Virus record (IMG/VR): IMGVR_UViG_3300012952_000019
Location: 1-64,000 of that record
DNA from: a virus
Lineage: Duplodnaviria > Caudoviricetes
Length of the DNA: 64,000 nt
Strand: one strand, 5' to 3'
The position numbers and the translations under genes were made by a program. Of this stretch, positions 34,936-48,900 are shown piece after piece. Numbering within the stretch: position 1 is the first letter of the stretch; every line of letters starts with the position of its first letter. The notes under the pieces were generated by a model. The model saw only the letters and a program-made list of their open reading frames with translations, was not told the origin of the DNA and did not search any database.

Positions 34936-36956
34936 TGCAACCAAATAATTTAACAGCATTAGATTTTGGCGATATTAAAGCGTCAATCAAATCATATCTA
35001 AGAACCAGACCTGAGTTTACCGATTATGACTTCGAGGGTGCTGCTTTATCGTATCTAATAGACACTTTAGCATATAATACGTATTATACATCATTCAATG
35101 CTAATATGGCGATGAATGAGGCATTCCTGCCATCCGCTACAGTAAGAGATAACGTTGTTAATATAGCAAAACTACTAAATTACGTTCCGACCTCTATAGT
35201 CGCTTCTAGGGCAACTATATCGATGACAGTTCAGTGTCTTAAGACAAGTGATGTTTATCCTAGTAATGTTACCTTAAAGAAAGGTGCAATATTACAGGGT
35301 GGATCGTTTATGTGGAATATTCTATCAGATACTACTGTTTCTGTTGATCCTACTACTGGTCTTGCAACATTTAGTAACATAGTTGTCAAACAAGGAACTA
35401 TTCTTAACTTTGCATACACTGTTAATACCTTTGCTTCTCAAATTTACAAGATTCCTTCAGAAAACTGTGATATTTCTACTTTAACAGTAAATGTAAAAGC
35501 AACTGAGACATCCACAACATCTGATTTATACAATAGAGTAGATACTATTAGTAATCTCTCTGCTACATCTCGTGTATACTTCATTCATGAAGGTGAAGAT
35601 ATGCGTTATGAGTTAAAATTTGGAGATGATAGTATTGGTAGAGCATTAAGTGATGGTGAAGTTGTAACACTAGAGTATCTTGTTACTGATGGTGAACCTG
35701 CTAATGATGTTAATGTATTCAACTTCATTGGTAGATTAACTGATAGTTTAGGTAGAGCATATACTGGATCAAGTGTAACTATGACTTTAGATGAGAAGTC
35801 TGGTTATGGAGAAAATGCTGAAACTATAGAATCTATCAAATATAACGCTCCTAGGTACTATTCCTCTCAATATAGAGCAGTTACTGCACAAGATTACGCA
35901 ATCATCACTAAAAAGGTGTATGATAACGCACATTCCGTAGTTGCGTATGGTGGAGATTCATTAAATCCTCCAATTTACGGTAAAGTTTACATCGCTATTA
36001 AGACAAAGACGGGATCTTTGCTTAATGATCAAACTAAAAAGAGTATTGCTGCAGATTTACGCGGTTATGCGATGGCATCTATTGATCCTGTGGTCATTGA
36101 TCCAGAAAATGTATACATCTATCCAAAAGTTTTCGTTCAGTATGATACTGGATGCGGAAGTGATACATCAACTATAAAAACAAATGTAGCATCAGCAATA
36201 GAAGATTGGGCAACACAGACTGAAATTAATAACTTTAATTCTACCTTTAGATCATCACAGTTTGAAAAAGCGATTACACTAGCAGATAGATGTGTTAGTG
36301 ACGTATCACTTCAAACTACAATACTAAGATACATCTTACCTACTACCAATCAAACTAATACTTACACAATCTCAACTGGATCTGCACTCTATAATAGTGC
36401 TCCTTCTAAAGACGGTAGTGACGGAACTAATCCAAAAGAACCTATTCTACTCTCTGGATCGTTTAGAACCGCAGATAGACCTGGTGTCGATCAACAGTTT
36501 GAAGATGATGGATATGGAAATCTAAGAACATACTACAATACAGGAACACGAAAAATCTATACAAATAATACTGCGGGTACTTGTAACTACGATACAGGGG
36601 AAATTGCTTTTGGTCCTGTTGCAATTATAGGTGCGGGTGCAAATTTTGCAACTGCAGGAATAAATATCACTAATTCTACTACTGGAGCAGGTTCAGTTAC
36701 TGATGCAACTCTACTCCCTGTAGATTTACAAATTCCAGTTCAATTTATTCCAGCAAACTCAAATAGCATTCCTGCTTCAACACCTGGTACAATTATTAAT
36801 ATTGTGTTACCAGAAATTACTGTAGCACCTGTAGGAACAGCACCACCTCCAACTATACCACTAAATAGTTTGACACCGACTATTTTTGACCAGACACCAG
36901 CTACGGTGACAGTCACAACAACAGGATCAACCAACTTAAATACTGCTTCTTACTAG
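34935..36956 (+). CDS. gp6: baseplate wedge subunit gp6
   Basis: LDF.DIK.S...F.DYDFEG..LS.L.D.LAYNT.Y, FGD...G, E.IESIK..AP....Q.RAVT..DY. Confidence 0.93.
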   Translation: MQPNNLTALDFGDIKASIKSYLRTRPEFTDYDFEGAALSYLIDTLAYNTYYTSFNANMAMNEAFLPSATVRDNVVNIAKLLNYVPTSIVASRATISMTVQCLKTSDVYPSNVTLKKGAILQGGSFMWNILSDTTVSVDPTTGLATFSNIVVKQGTILNFAYTVNTFASQIYKIPSENCDISTLTVNVKATETSTTSDLYNRVDTISNLSATSRVYFIHEGEDMRYELKFGDDSIGRALSDGEVVTLEYLVTDGEPANDVNVFNFIGRLTDSLGRAYTGSSVTMTLDEKSGYGENAETIESIKYNAPRYYSSQYRAVTAQDYAIITKKVYDNAHSVVAYGGDSLNPPIYGKVYIAIKTKTGSLLNDQTKKSIAADLRGYAMASIDPVVIDPENVYIYPKVFVQYDTGCGSDTSTIKTNVASAIEDWATQTEINNFNSTFRSSQFEKAITLADRCVSDVSLQTTILRYILPTTNQTNTYTISTGSALYNSAPSKDGSDGTNPKEPILLSGSFRTADRPGVDQQFEDDGYGNLRTYYNTGTRKIYTNNTAGTCNYDTGEIAFGPVAIIGAGANFATAGINITNSTTGAGSVTDATLLPVDLQIPVQFIPANSNSIPASTPGTIINIVLPEITVAPVGTAPPPTIPLNSLTPTIFDQTPATVTVTTTGSTNLNTASY

Positions 36957-36961
36957 AGTAG

Positions 36962-39900
36962 ATGACAAATATCAATAAGGTATCACAAGCGGTTGTCTCA
37001 CAGACACCAGATTTCGTAGAGTCAGATTATCCCCTCTTCAATAGATTCCTTGAGTACTACTATGCATCTCAAGAGAAAACTGGTCTTGGTCAAAACATTT
37101 TAAACAATTTTCTAGGATATCTTGACATTGATAAACTAGACATCAGTATTTTAGATGGTTCTACTAATGTCAGAGAAGCAATCACTACTACTAGTGATAG
37201 AATTGTTGTAGAGAGTGTAGATAGTTTTTTAGATAAGAATGGAACAATATTAGTTGATAATGAAGTAATATTTTACGAAACCACAACTCCTGCTCCTAAC
37301 ATTGCTCTAACACCTGGTATTAATTACGATCAGGTAAAATTAAAGTGGGATGAGTTAGCAAGTCCTTTAACAAGTTTTGATGGAACTACATCAAGATTTC
37401 CTTTAACATCGCAATCTAATCCCGTAGGTCCTCCATCTGCACAACATTTGATTGTAAGAGTGTACAATGAATGGTTGCTTCCTAATATTGATTATACTAT
37501 TGATGGTGATCATATTGTATTCACTAATCCACCAAGAGCAAGAGTTGTTGCTGATGACGCAGCATATACCTATATTACTTACTTAAACGGTTTTGTTGAG
37601 AATGAGATAGTTGCTATGGACAATATCTCTGGTGCATTTGGTGAAAATAAGAGACAATTTACTATTACACGGAACGGAGTAAGATATGAACCGACTGTAG
37701 ATGAATATGTTCTTGCAATATACGATAACAAGTTAATGATCCCTAAAGTGGACTTCTTTATTGATGGTGATCAGTTTATCTTCAAAACTGCTCCATTAAA
37801 CGGAAGACTACTTTCTTTCTACGCTATTGAGGCACCTATCCCCTCATTTGGTAAAGATGCTGTTGGATTTGCTCAAATTGATGATGCAGGTACACTTACT
37901 GGCATTAGTGTTAATAATACAGGTTCTCAATATAGATTCCAATATCCTCCACAAGTTTCCGTAAACTCTACTACAGGAACTGGTGCATCTGCAACTGCCC
38001 TTGTAAACGGTGTTAAGTCACTTTCTCTACTAAACGGTGGTTTTGGTTATAGTGAAACTAACCCTCCAGTAGTTCAAGTTCAATCCCCAACTCTAGATGG
38101 TTCTCAGCAAGCAACTTTAAAAGCAACTGTTACTAATGGTGCTGTATCTGCCCTTGAGGTGGTCAATTCTGGATCAGGGTATACATTTACACCTAGAATC
38201 ACTTTTAGACAACCAGGAGGTTGTACACTAGGCACAGGACAGATCTTAAATGGATCTATTAGTGCAGTTCCTCCTATTACTTACGGTGGATTTGGATATA
38301 CGACTGCACCTACCGTTTATGTTGATGAACCTACAGGTGAATCACCAATTAGAGCAAATATTCAAGCAACTTTAGCTGATGATGGATCTATCGCTAGTCT
38401 TACAATACTAAATGCGGGACAAGGATATACAACTACACCTAGAATTGCGATTATCGATCCAGTTGGTGCACAAGTCTTAGAAACTGTTATTGATAATGAC
38501 GGAAGATTAGTTTCTATTGAACTTTTAGCGGGTGGTAGTGGATATGAGGATATTCCTTCAGTTTACATTGTTGACAACAGATTAGACGATAGAGGAACAT
38601 TTATTGGTGGAAGCGGAGCTAAAGCAGTAGCATCTATATTCAATGGTAGAATTACTGATATTAACGTCACGGAGTTTGGAACTGGATATAGTCAGACAAC
38701 TCCTCCAACTGTTGTTATACAAGCACCTCCAGAAGCGGAAGCATCTGCAACTATAGGTGTTAACGAGGTTACTGGATTTAATATTAATCAAAACGGAAGT
38801 GGATACACAAAAGCACAGTTTATTGGATGTGCTAGAGCTGCAAGTGCTATTACTTCATACACTCAGAATGGTAATGCTGTATTTACTGATACTTCTACCG
38901 CATCTAATCATTCATTAAATGCACCAGTTAAGTGTTTAGACGCATTATTTGTTAAGAGATTACTCGATAAGTACACTGAGCAGTTTTTACCTGATGTTCC
39001 TTCATTAGATTACAATACAATAGATGTAAGAACCGCAATCAAGACTATTAAAGACTTTTACAGTTGTAAAGGAACTTCTTACAGTATTGCATATCTTTTC
39101 AAACTTCTTTATGGTGAGCAAGTCAATATATCATATCCTAAAGATCAAATCATTAAACCATCTGCAGCAACATGGTCTATTGATACAATTCTTCGTGCAA
39201 CTATAGTAAGTGGTAATCCTGCTGACATTAGAGACGGTCTTTTAACTCAAGATGCTGATATTGCTGATGAAAACATAAGAGCAGCAAGTGCACTTGTAGA
39301 AAACTTTATTTCGATTAAAACATCAGAAGTTGAGATATATGAATTAATATTATCAGAAGAAACTATTGATGGAACATTTATAGTTCCTTATAAGACAAAA
39401 CTAGCAGAACCTCTTGATCAGACAGAAGGTATTATAACTGTTGACTCTACAATCGGTTGGCCAGAAAGAAACGGTGAATTTTTGATTGGTAGTTCATCTG
39501 ATACTGCAGAACTAATTCAATATAAGGAAAAATCACTAAACCAGTTCATTGAGTGTACTAGATCAGTAAATGGTGTAGTTGAGGACTGGGATTCTGCTAC
39601 TGAAGTAAAATCTAACTTTAAAGTCTATGTTAACAAAGGAACTGCTCAAGAAGTAGTCATGAACGTTGTTGGTATCGTTGATGCTCAACAAACTACTCTT
39701 ACTGATACTGGTTCTTACTACTTACCTGGTGATAAACTAGCAATTTCTAAATTAGGTGGAACTGATGTTAGTTCAGAACTTACAACTTGGTTGTATAACG
39801 TTAAAAAGTTAATTTCAATTACTGGAATTACATTTGGTGGTATTAATGATCAAGCTGCTACTGTAACTTGTGCAAACCCTCATGGTCTACTGGTTGGAGA

Positions 39901-42900
39901 TCAGGTTACCATCTATGGTGCTAACCCAATCATCTATAATGGAACTTTCTTAGTTACATCAAGAGATTCTACCACTGTATTCCAATATGAACTACCTCAA
40001 CCAGGTGGAGTAATACCACAAGGTAATATTCTTGTTTCTATTGACCTTAATAAGGGTAAATCATCAAGTGCACAAATTTTAACTGCGATTGGTTCATATA
40101 CTACTAACGTTCAGAACACATTCTTCAATGACAATTATGTTTACGTTGCTTCTACAGGTATTCCCAACTATGACATAGGTCCGTTTCCTGGTTCTGCACT
40201 ATTACCTGGTAACCAAAGAAAATTAAACAGATTCCCAAGAGTTGCTCAAACTATCTCTACAAAGAACTTAATTAATCCAGGTCCTGTTGGAACTTGGGTT
40301 AACGGTGTTTCTATATGGTCATATAAGTCATCTCTATTCAAAACATTCGGTGCTGTAACTGCTATTACCATTACTAACGTTGGTCAAGACTATGATGCTG
40401 CATCTCCTCCAAATATTTCAATTACTGGTGGTGGAGGATCAGGTGCAACAGGTTCAGTTGTTGTTAATGGTTCTTTAAGCGAAGTAGAGGTTCTTACAGG
40501 TGGATCTGGTTATACATCCTCACCATTGGTCTCTATAGTCGGTGGAGGCGGTTCTGGTGCTGCTGCAACTGCTATTATCACTAAAGGTGTTGTTTCACGT
40601 ATTCTAATCAATTCTGGAGGAACTGGATATGTTTCACAACCTTCAATTACTATTGTTGGAGGCGGTGGAACTGGTGCAACTGCAACTGCAAACGTCAGAG
40701 GTCCGATCCAATCTATTGCTGTAACAAGTGGTGGTGCTTCATATACATCTAATCCTACTGTTACATTGAGTTCTGGTAGTGGTGCTGTTGCTCAAGCAAT
40801 TGTACAGAATGGTCGTATTATATCAATCGCTATTATTTCTGCAGGATCTGGTTATACAACTGCTCCTATAGTAAGTATTCAAGGTGATGGATTTGGTGCT
40901 GTTGCAAGAGCAGGTATTGATATTGATGGTGAAAACGCAGGAAGAGTAACAAGTGTTGAGATTCTCAACAGAGGTATTGGATATATTCAAGGAACTACAC
41001 TTATTAACTTAACTTCTGTTGGACAAGATGCATTGTTTACAGCAAACGTATTCCAATGGACTTATAACTTACAAGCAACTAGTTCATTAGATACTGCAAA
41101 AGGTGGAGTATTTGAAGGATTTAATAATCAGTATGGTGGAGAATATGCTCATTTATCAAACCCACAAAGATTAAGATACGTTCTTGGTGATAATTTACAA
41201 GAACCAACTGCAGGAAATATAGTTGAACAGGCAGAACAGTTAAACCATTCTCCTATTGTTGGATGGGCATTTGATGGTAACCCAATTTACGGTCCTTATG
41301 GTTACGCTGATCCTACTGATCAATCATCTGCTATCAATAGATTAAACACTTCATATCGTCTTAAAACAGAACTTGTATATGATGTAGTTACTAATCCTTA
41401 TCCTGCTAGAACCGCAGGTCCTTTACTTACTGATGAGGCAGCAGGTAATTTTGTAGAAGATTATGAGTATGTGTTTGGTTTAGGTGATCTTGATCAGTAC
41501 AATGGTCGTTTCTGTAAGACACCTGAGTTTCCTGGTGGTAGATATTGTTACTTTGTTACTGTTGACACTACTGAGCAAGGTAATCCAGTATTCCCATATG
41601 TTTTAGGTCCTAGTTTTAACTCAGTTGTTGATACTTGGAACTTAACTGACGGTGCAACTCAACAGAATATTCCTACTGGTGTTGTTAGATATCGTGATCC
41701 ATATGAGAACGTTGATATTGACGTTGAGAGGGCACCAAATGCCTCTACAAACGCTCTAACTACCGAAGATGGTGAATTGCTTGTATTTGAAGTAGAAGAC
41801 GAGAATAGGGACGCTGTGATCTCTCAGGATGAGATAGATGATCCAGATCAAATCTTTGAAGAGTCACCTCTACAGTTATTTGATTATTTCCCTAAAGTTA
41901 AGTTTGACTCTAAGGTTGATATTGAAGTTGAAACGATTACTAAGTTTGAAGATGCTTCTGTAACTGGATTTACAGTAGAAAACCCTGGTGCTTCTTATCA
42001 GGTTAATGACCGACTAGTATTTGATAATACAGATACTGATGGTACTGGTGTTTCTGCTCGTGTTTCTCATATTAAAGGAGAAGCAGTTTCAACATATGGA
42101 TATGAAAGTATTGGTGGTGTCAACTATGGTGTTCTAAAGACTACAACTCCACATAACCTAACTGTTGATGATCAGGTAGTCGTAGACTATACACCTATAA
42201 TGAACAACACTAATAAGACTTTTGTTGTTAAACAAATTAAAGGTGTTGAAGAAATTGTTATTGATCAACAAGGTTCTGGATATAATAGTGAATTACCTCC
42301 TACAATTATTCTTGATGGTGATGGAACTGGTGCAGCATTAGAAGCGGTTGTAACATCAGTAGGATCTATTTCCTCAGTTAATATTACTAACTCTGGTCAA
42401 GACTATACTACAAACCCAAGAGTTATATTATCACATCCTCAAATCTATAAGAAAGCAGATTATTATATTTCTAAGATTACAAGTAATGATTATGTTAAAG
42501 TTAATGATGTATTTGTAAATGATCAGAAAGAAGTATTCCTTTGTGGTAAAACAAAAGATTCATTTAATTATACTATAGCATTTGTAGCAAAATTATCTGC
42601 TACTGGTGTTAAAGACTGGGAAAAGACAATTAAGAGTACTGATGGTCAAAATGAAGTAGAGTTTGAAAAAATATTAGTTGATGGTCAAGATGTTTACTGT
42701 GTAGGTCATAATAGACCAAATGCAAGTATATTAGAAGCATATAACCCTGATGTTGTTCTTTGTAAGTATACACAGGCAGCAAATGGATTAAGTGCTACTT
42801 TACAGTATCAAAAAGCATATGCAGGTATATCAGGTTCTACTCGTTCTGATAATGTTAGTGCTATTGCCAAATATTCAGATACTAGATTTGTTTTAGGTGG

Positions 42901-45900
42901 TTATACAAATACTAACTCTGGTAATCCATATGATGCTTATATTGCTGTTGTAGATACACTTGGTAACTTTGCTGTTAAGAGAAAACTTACTTCTGTTAAT
43001 GTATCTGAAAAAATTACAGACTTACTTGTTGATGGAACTGACATATACTATACATTAGAAATTGCTACAAGTCCTAATGCATCAAATGTTGATACAGGTA
43101 TTGGTAAAGCAAATGTAGGTACTAGTGCCATTACTCTTCTATGGAATAAACAATTAAGTAATACACTGTATTCTTTTGAAGATTCAAGTCTTACAATAGA
43201 TGAGTTTAGTGAACTTTATATTACTGCTACAACAAAACTTAAAGCAGATAATACTACAAAAGATGGATTCTGGATTGGTAAGTTAAGCACAGAAGGAGTA
43301 TTCCTATGGAACTATCGTTATGCAGTAACTGGTGGATATACTATTCATGCTGCTAAGAGAAGTCATATTGATATTTTTGGTGATCTAAACGTTGCAATCA
43401 ACAAATATCAAAATACAGATGGTGAATTAACTGTTGACGTAGTTAAACTTGGATACAATGGTATTATTAAGAGTCATACTAATAATAAGTTTGATGTTAA
43501 TAACATTGAAGGATTAACTGCTCATACATTATATCCTGATAGTTCTGGTGATATTCATGTATATGGTCAAACTTCTTGGAATAGGAATGAACTATTATTA
43601 CCATTTACAAGTGGTGCGTCTACAGATGTTACAGGTCATTATACACCAACTTATATTTCAGAGGGTAATGGACTTCAATTTGATGCTACTAATGGATATG
43701 CAAAAATATTAGGAAAAGACTCTACTACTCCTACAACATGGGTAAATTCAGTTATACAACTTAATGGTTCTGATTTAGGAACTAAAATGACTAACGACTG
43801 GACTATTGAGTTCATGTTGTATAAAGATGCTGTAGGTAATAACAATACACATAGTCAAACACAACAAACATTAATAGCAATCGGTGATGCTACCTTGAGT
43901 ACAGGTGGTCTATGGTTGTATTATGATATTTCATCTGGACAAATGCAGTTAGTTGTTACTGCAAATGGAACTGCACTTAACTCTGCATCAGGTTCTCTAC
44001 AATCTACAGTTACTACAATGTTTGCCGATAATACTTGGCAATTCATTGCACTTACTAAATCTGCAGGTCAATATACTGCATATGTTAATGGTATACAAGT
44101 TCTTCAAGGAACTATTGATAATACTGCATTCCAGAATCAGAATTTATATATTGGTAATATTCCTGGTAAGAGTGGAACATTAAATCAATTCCTTTCTTCT
44201 TATCAAGGTCAATATCATATTGATAATCTTCGTATTAGAAACAGAGCAGTTACTCCTACAGTTCCTACTGATGTAACTAACTATCCTATTGCAGGTGAGT
44301 TTAATGAAGGATTTGATTGGCAAGATACAACATGGTTCTCTACTTACGTTAACAAATATGATTATATTGATTATGTTGGTTGGGGTATTAAGATTGATAA
44401 GAATGCCGATGCAGCAAGATTAGGTACACAAACAGCACAAACTAATACTGGAATTGGATTTACTAGAGCTAATATAGCGATTGTAGAAGGATCAGCATTA
44501 ACTGTTAATAATACAGGATTTGCTTTAGCAGAAGCAGGATTCCAAAACTTAGACTTTGATGATGCTGATACATCAATGACTCAGGATTCTTCAACATTAT
44601 CATATCTTCAAGATGTTTGGAGTTCTAGAACTGCTACTGTTCCTTCACCAGGTTCTCAAAAACTAAGAGTTACTGCTAATGTTAAAGACAGATATTACTT
44701 TAAGGTTACACCTACAGTCAAGATTGACAATATTCAAGAACTTACTCTTAATCAACAGTTTAGATTTACTACAGGTGCAAAATTAAGACTTAATAATTCA
44801 TCTGGAGTATTCCAAAATAGTGGATATATTATTAGACAAGATACTACTAATAATAAGATATATCTTGCTGTTAATATTAATGCTTGGTCAGATGATCTTA
44901 ATACTGGTGAATTAGTTACAGAACAGTTTAATGAACAAAGCACTTATGGTATTGTAGGACCTATACCTGCTGATGTTAATGAACTTATATTTACATTCCC
45001 ACTAATAAACAACACTACACCTGGTACATTTGATATTGATTTAAACAATTTCAATCACCCAGAGGGAGGTTCAAATAATCTTGATGAATTAACTAACTTT
45101 AAACCTTATACTGATGATGATTATTCTATAAGAATTGATGAAGTAGCTGGTGGTTCACCCTATATTGTTGGATCTGTTATTAACATTAACTCTGGTGATA
45201 TCAGTTACAATGCTGCATATACCACTGCACAAATTACTAATTTAACTGGTGTTCTTAAAATTACTTTAGTAGCAACACTTAAGAAGATTATACAAGTTAC
45301 TGCTGTTGCTAATAGTGATGAAGTTTATATTGTTACTGCAAATAGTCATTACCTTACTGAAGGTGAGATGGTTAACATTGATGGTAACCCATCACAAACT
45401 GTTGATAGTGTAGTTTATGATGAATATGATGGTGCTTTCCCAGTCTTCAGTGTTGTAAGTCCTGTTGAATTTACATATAAATTACCTTCTGCTGCAATAA
45501 CTTCACCAGCTACAAGTTCTGGAAGTGTTAATATCTACGTTAAGTCACCTGTTCTTAAAATGTATTATGGACATCAATATCTCTTTGATGTCAGTCATTC
45601 TTCTATGGCGGGTGGTAACTTATCATTCTCTAAAGATAATCTTTATAAACTGGAATATTCATTCAACTCTATTGAAAGAGTAGGTACACCTGGTATTACT
45701 GGTCAAGGTGTTCCTAATCCTACTGTTAAGTTAAAAGTTGATACTGAAATTGTTACTAATATTTCTTACTACTTTGATCCTTCTAGAACTGGTGCTGATT
45801 CTCCTGTTAACCCTGCAAGTTACTTAGATGTTGTTGATTCTCCATACGTAGGTAACTTTACCATTAGTTCTATATCTGGTGCAACTATTACTCGTGGTGC

Positions 45901-48900
45901 AGATACATTTAAGTTTGTTCTTGCTAATGAACCAGAAGGAAATGCTGATGTTATCAATACATCTTATAGCACAAGTTCATTGAAGGCAGTTGGTTCTATC
46001 AATGATATACGTATTGTCAATCCTGGCGGTTTCTATACTAGATTACCTGTTGTCACAACAATTCAATCATCTAGACAGATTGAGAGAGTTCAAATTGATG
46101 CACCAGGTACTGAATATGCTGTAGGTGTTTATAATAGTGTTCCTATTGCAGGTGATGGAGAAGGTGGATTTGTTTCTATTACTGTTGCTGATGGAACTGA
46201 TGATGAAGGTGTAACAATTCCTGGTCAAATACAAGAAGTTGTAGTTACATCACCAGGTAAAGGATATACTACTGCAAGTATTGATGTTGAATCTATATCA
46301 GGTATTCTTGGAGCAGGTCTAACAGGTTCTGGTGTTGATTTGAATGTTGTTATTCCTCCTGCAGGATCAGGTGCTTCTATCTTTACTAAAGGAATTAAAG
46401 TTGGTAAGATTAAGAAATTACAGAACAACAACTTTGGATATGATTATCCTCATGACTATACTTTACGTCCTGAGATTTCATTCCCAATTAACGCACAGTT
46501 AACATCTACAAGTATACTTGATAGTATTACAGTTACAGATCCAGGTTCTGGATATTCACAAGCACCAACCGTTGTTATTACAGGTGGTGGTGGACAAAAT
46601 GCAACTGCTGAAGCATCAATTAAGAATGGTCGTTTAGATGATATTATTGTTAAAGATCCAGGCTCAGGTTACTCTTCTGCTCCTACCGTTGCATTAAGAT
46701 CTTCTTTCAACTATGTTGTTAACCTTGACTTAGGATTACTACAATTTGCTTTCCCACATGGTATTGTAAATGGTTCTGAAGTTACATTGACAGTTACTGA
46801 TACTGGTGATGGTGCTGAGTTCCCATTATCAGCAGGTGCTGTTGGTCGTTTGAATTCTACTAACACATATTACGCTATTGCTGGTACTGCAAACTCACTA
46901 GAAGAAAACCAATTAAAGATTGCTATTACTGCTGCTAACGCTGCATTAGGTGACTCCTTATCGTTTGTTAACGCAGGAACAGGTCGTCAAACAATATTAA
47001 CTGAATCATTTGGTGGTGCAGCAACTGCAAACGTTGTCACATCTACATTCTTAGAAGGTGAACTTGTTTATCAAGGTGATAGTTTAGACGCTGCAACTGC
47101 TAGTGGATATGTTTCTACTAACCAAGGTTGGCAGGTAGGACCTAGAATTATTAAGATTGTTGATTACACTGGAGACTTTAATGCTAACGAAAGAATAACA
47201 GGTGTTATTTCTAAGTCTTCTGGTATCATTAGTGATCTTAAGATTGCTCGTGGTGTTCTTGAAATTGGTTCTATTACTAAAACAACAGGTCAGTTTATTG
47301 ATGACATTGGTAAACCATCCGAAATTATTCAGAAGATTCAAGATAGTTACTATTATCAGGACTTCTCATATGCTGTTAAGTCTGCTGTTTCTATTGGTGA
47401 GTGGAAAGAGATATTACTTAAGAACGTTCACCCTGCATCATTTAAAGTATTTGGTGAATTAAATCTATCTGATTATGGTCAAATTCCTAACAAGGAAACT
47501 GATTTCCAGATAACCAAAGCTGTTGAATTAGCAAGAGAAGCGATAGTTCCTAATATACAGAGTTTCTCTCTAGTTGAACCAGTTTATTCACAGTTTAATA
47601 ACTCAGAAGTATTATTCAGACAAAAAAGATTAACATCTTCAGAAAACATTTTAACATCAGTTGTACAAAGATTAGATGATATTTCTAATCAATTTGATGG
47701 TGTTAAAACTCAGTTCCCATTAAAAGTTAATGGTGAAAATGTAGTTGCTAATGCTAACCAATTAATGATTATCTTAAATGGTGTTGCTCAAACTCCTGAG
47801 ACATCATTTAATATTCAAGGTGATTCTATTGTATTCAGTCAACCACCACAACCTCCTGCTAGTGTCAAATATGTAAACGCTACTATTTCAGAGATTAATA
47901 TATCTGAAATAACATTTACTAACGTTAGTGGTATATTCCCTATCATAGGAAATACAATGGCTGGACAGACTTCTTTAGCAAGATTTACTGTCACATCTGT
48001 TATTGGTCAAGCAATTAGAGGATTCTTTGTAGAAGGAAGTGCATTTACATTTGGTGAATTGGTAAGTAATAGTGCTACAGGATTTATTGCTAATTATGAT
48101 GCTGTATCATCTATTTCTAATCTTGGATTATTTACTTTTGGTGAGCAAGTTAGTAACCTTGATGGTAAGACTGCTAGAGTTGAATCAATTAACTTAGCAG
48201 GTGGATCTTCTGATCCATTAGGTCAACTTCGTTATGGTGTAGGTCCTTCGACTGCTGCTATTGAAGTGGTAGCATCTAAAGCAGTTTCAACTGATCCTGA
48301 CACACCTCCTGCTACAGGAACATTTGCTCTTAATGCTAATTATCAAGTTGGTTCTGAGATTGTAACTGTTACTCAAATTACTGAGAATAATGATTCTACT
48401 ATATTAGAAGTAACTAGAGGTCAATTAGGTACTACAGCAGCAACACAGGCAGAAGATGGTCCTGTATATGCAACCACAGTTCTTGTTAATGATAAATTAA
48501 CTTTAAGTAAAACTACTGGAACATATCAGTCTACACCTGGTTTATTTGATCTTGCTCTTAATGATGTTATTATCGGTGCTCAGTCTGGTGTAGTTGCAAG
48601 ATTAACTGCTACATCTACATATCAAGATCCTACAACTCAAGAATTTATTGGTCAGGTTAATATTTCAGAAGGATCTTCATTCTTTGGTCTCTTATTCAAC
48701 AGAGTTACATCTATCACATATCCAAATATTGTTTTAGATGATATTTCAATATCAACAATTAGTGTTGTTGATTATGACACATATACAACTGATATTGATT
48801 CTCAATTCCCTGCTAATGAATTCATAAGTCAAATTGTTATTCCTTATGATAATGCCTCTGGTAAGTTATCTGTAGGTGAAATGATCAGGAATTATAAACT

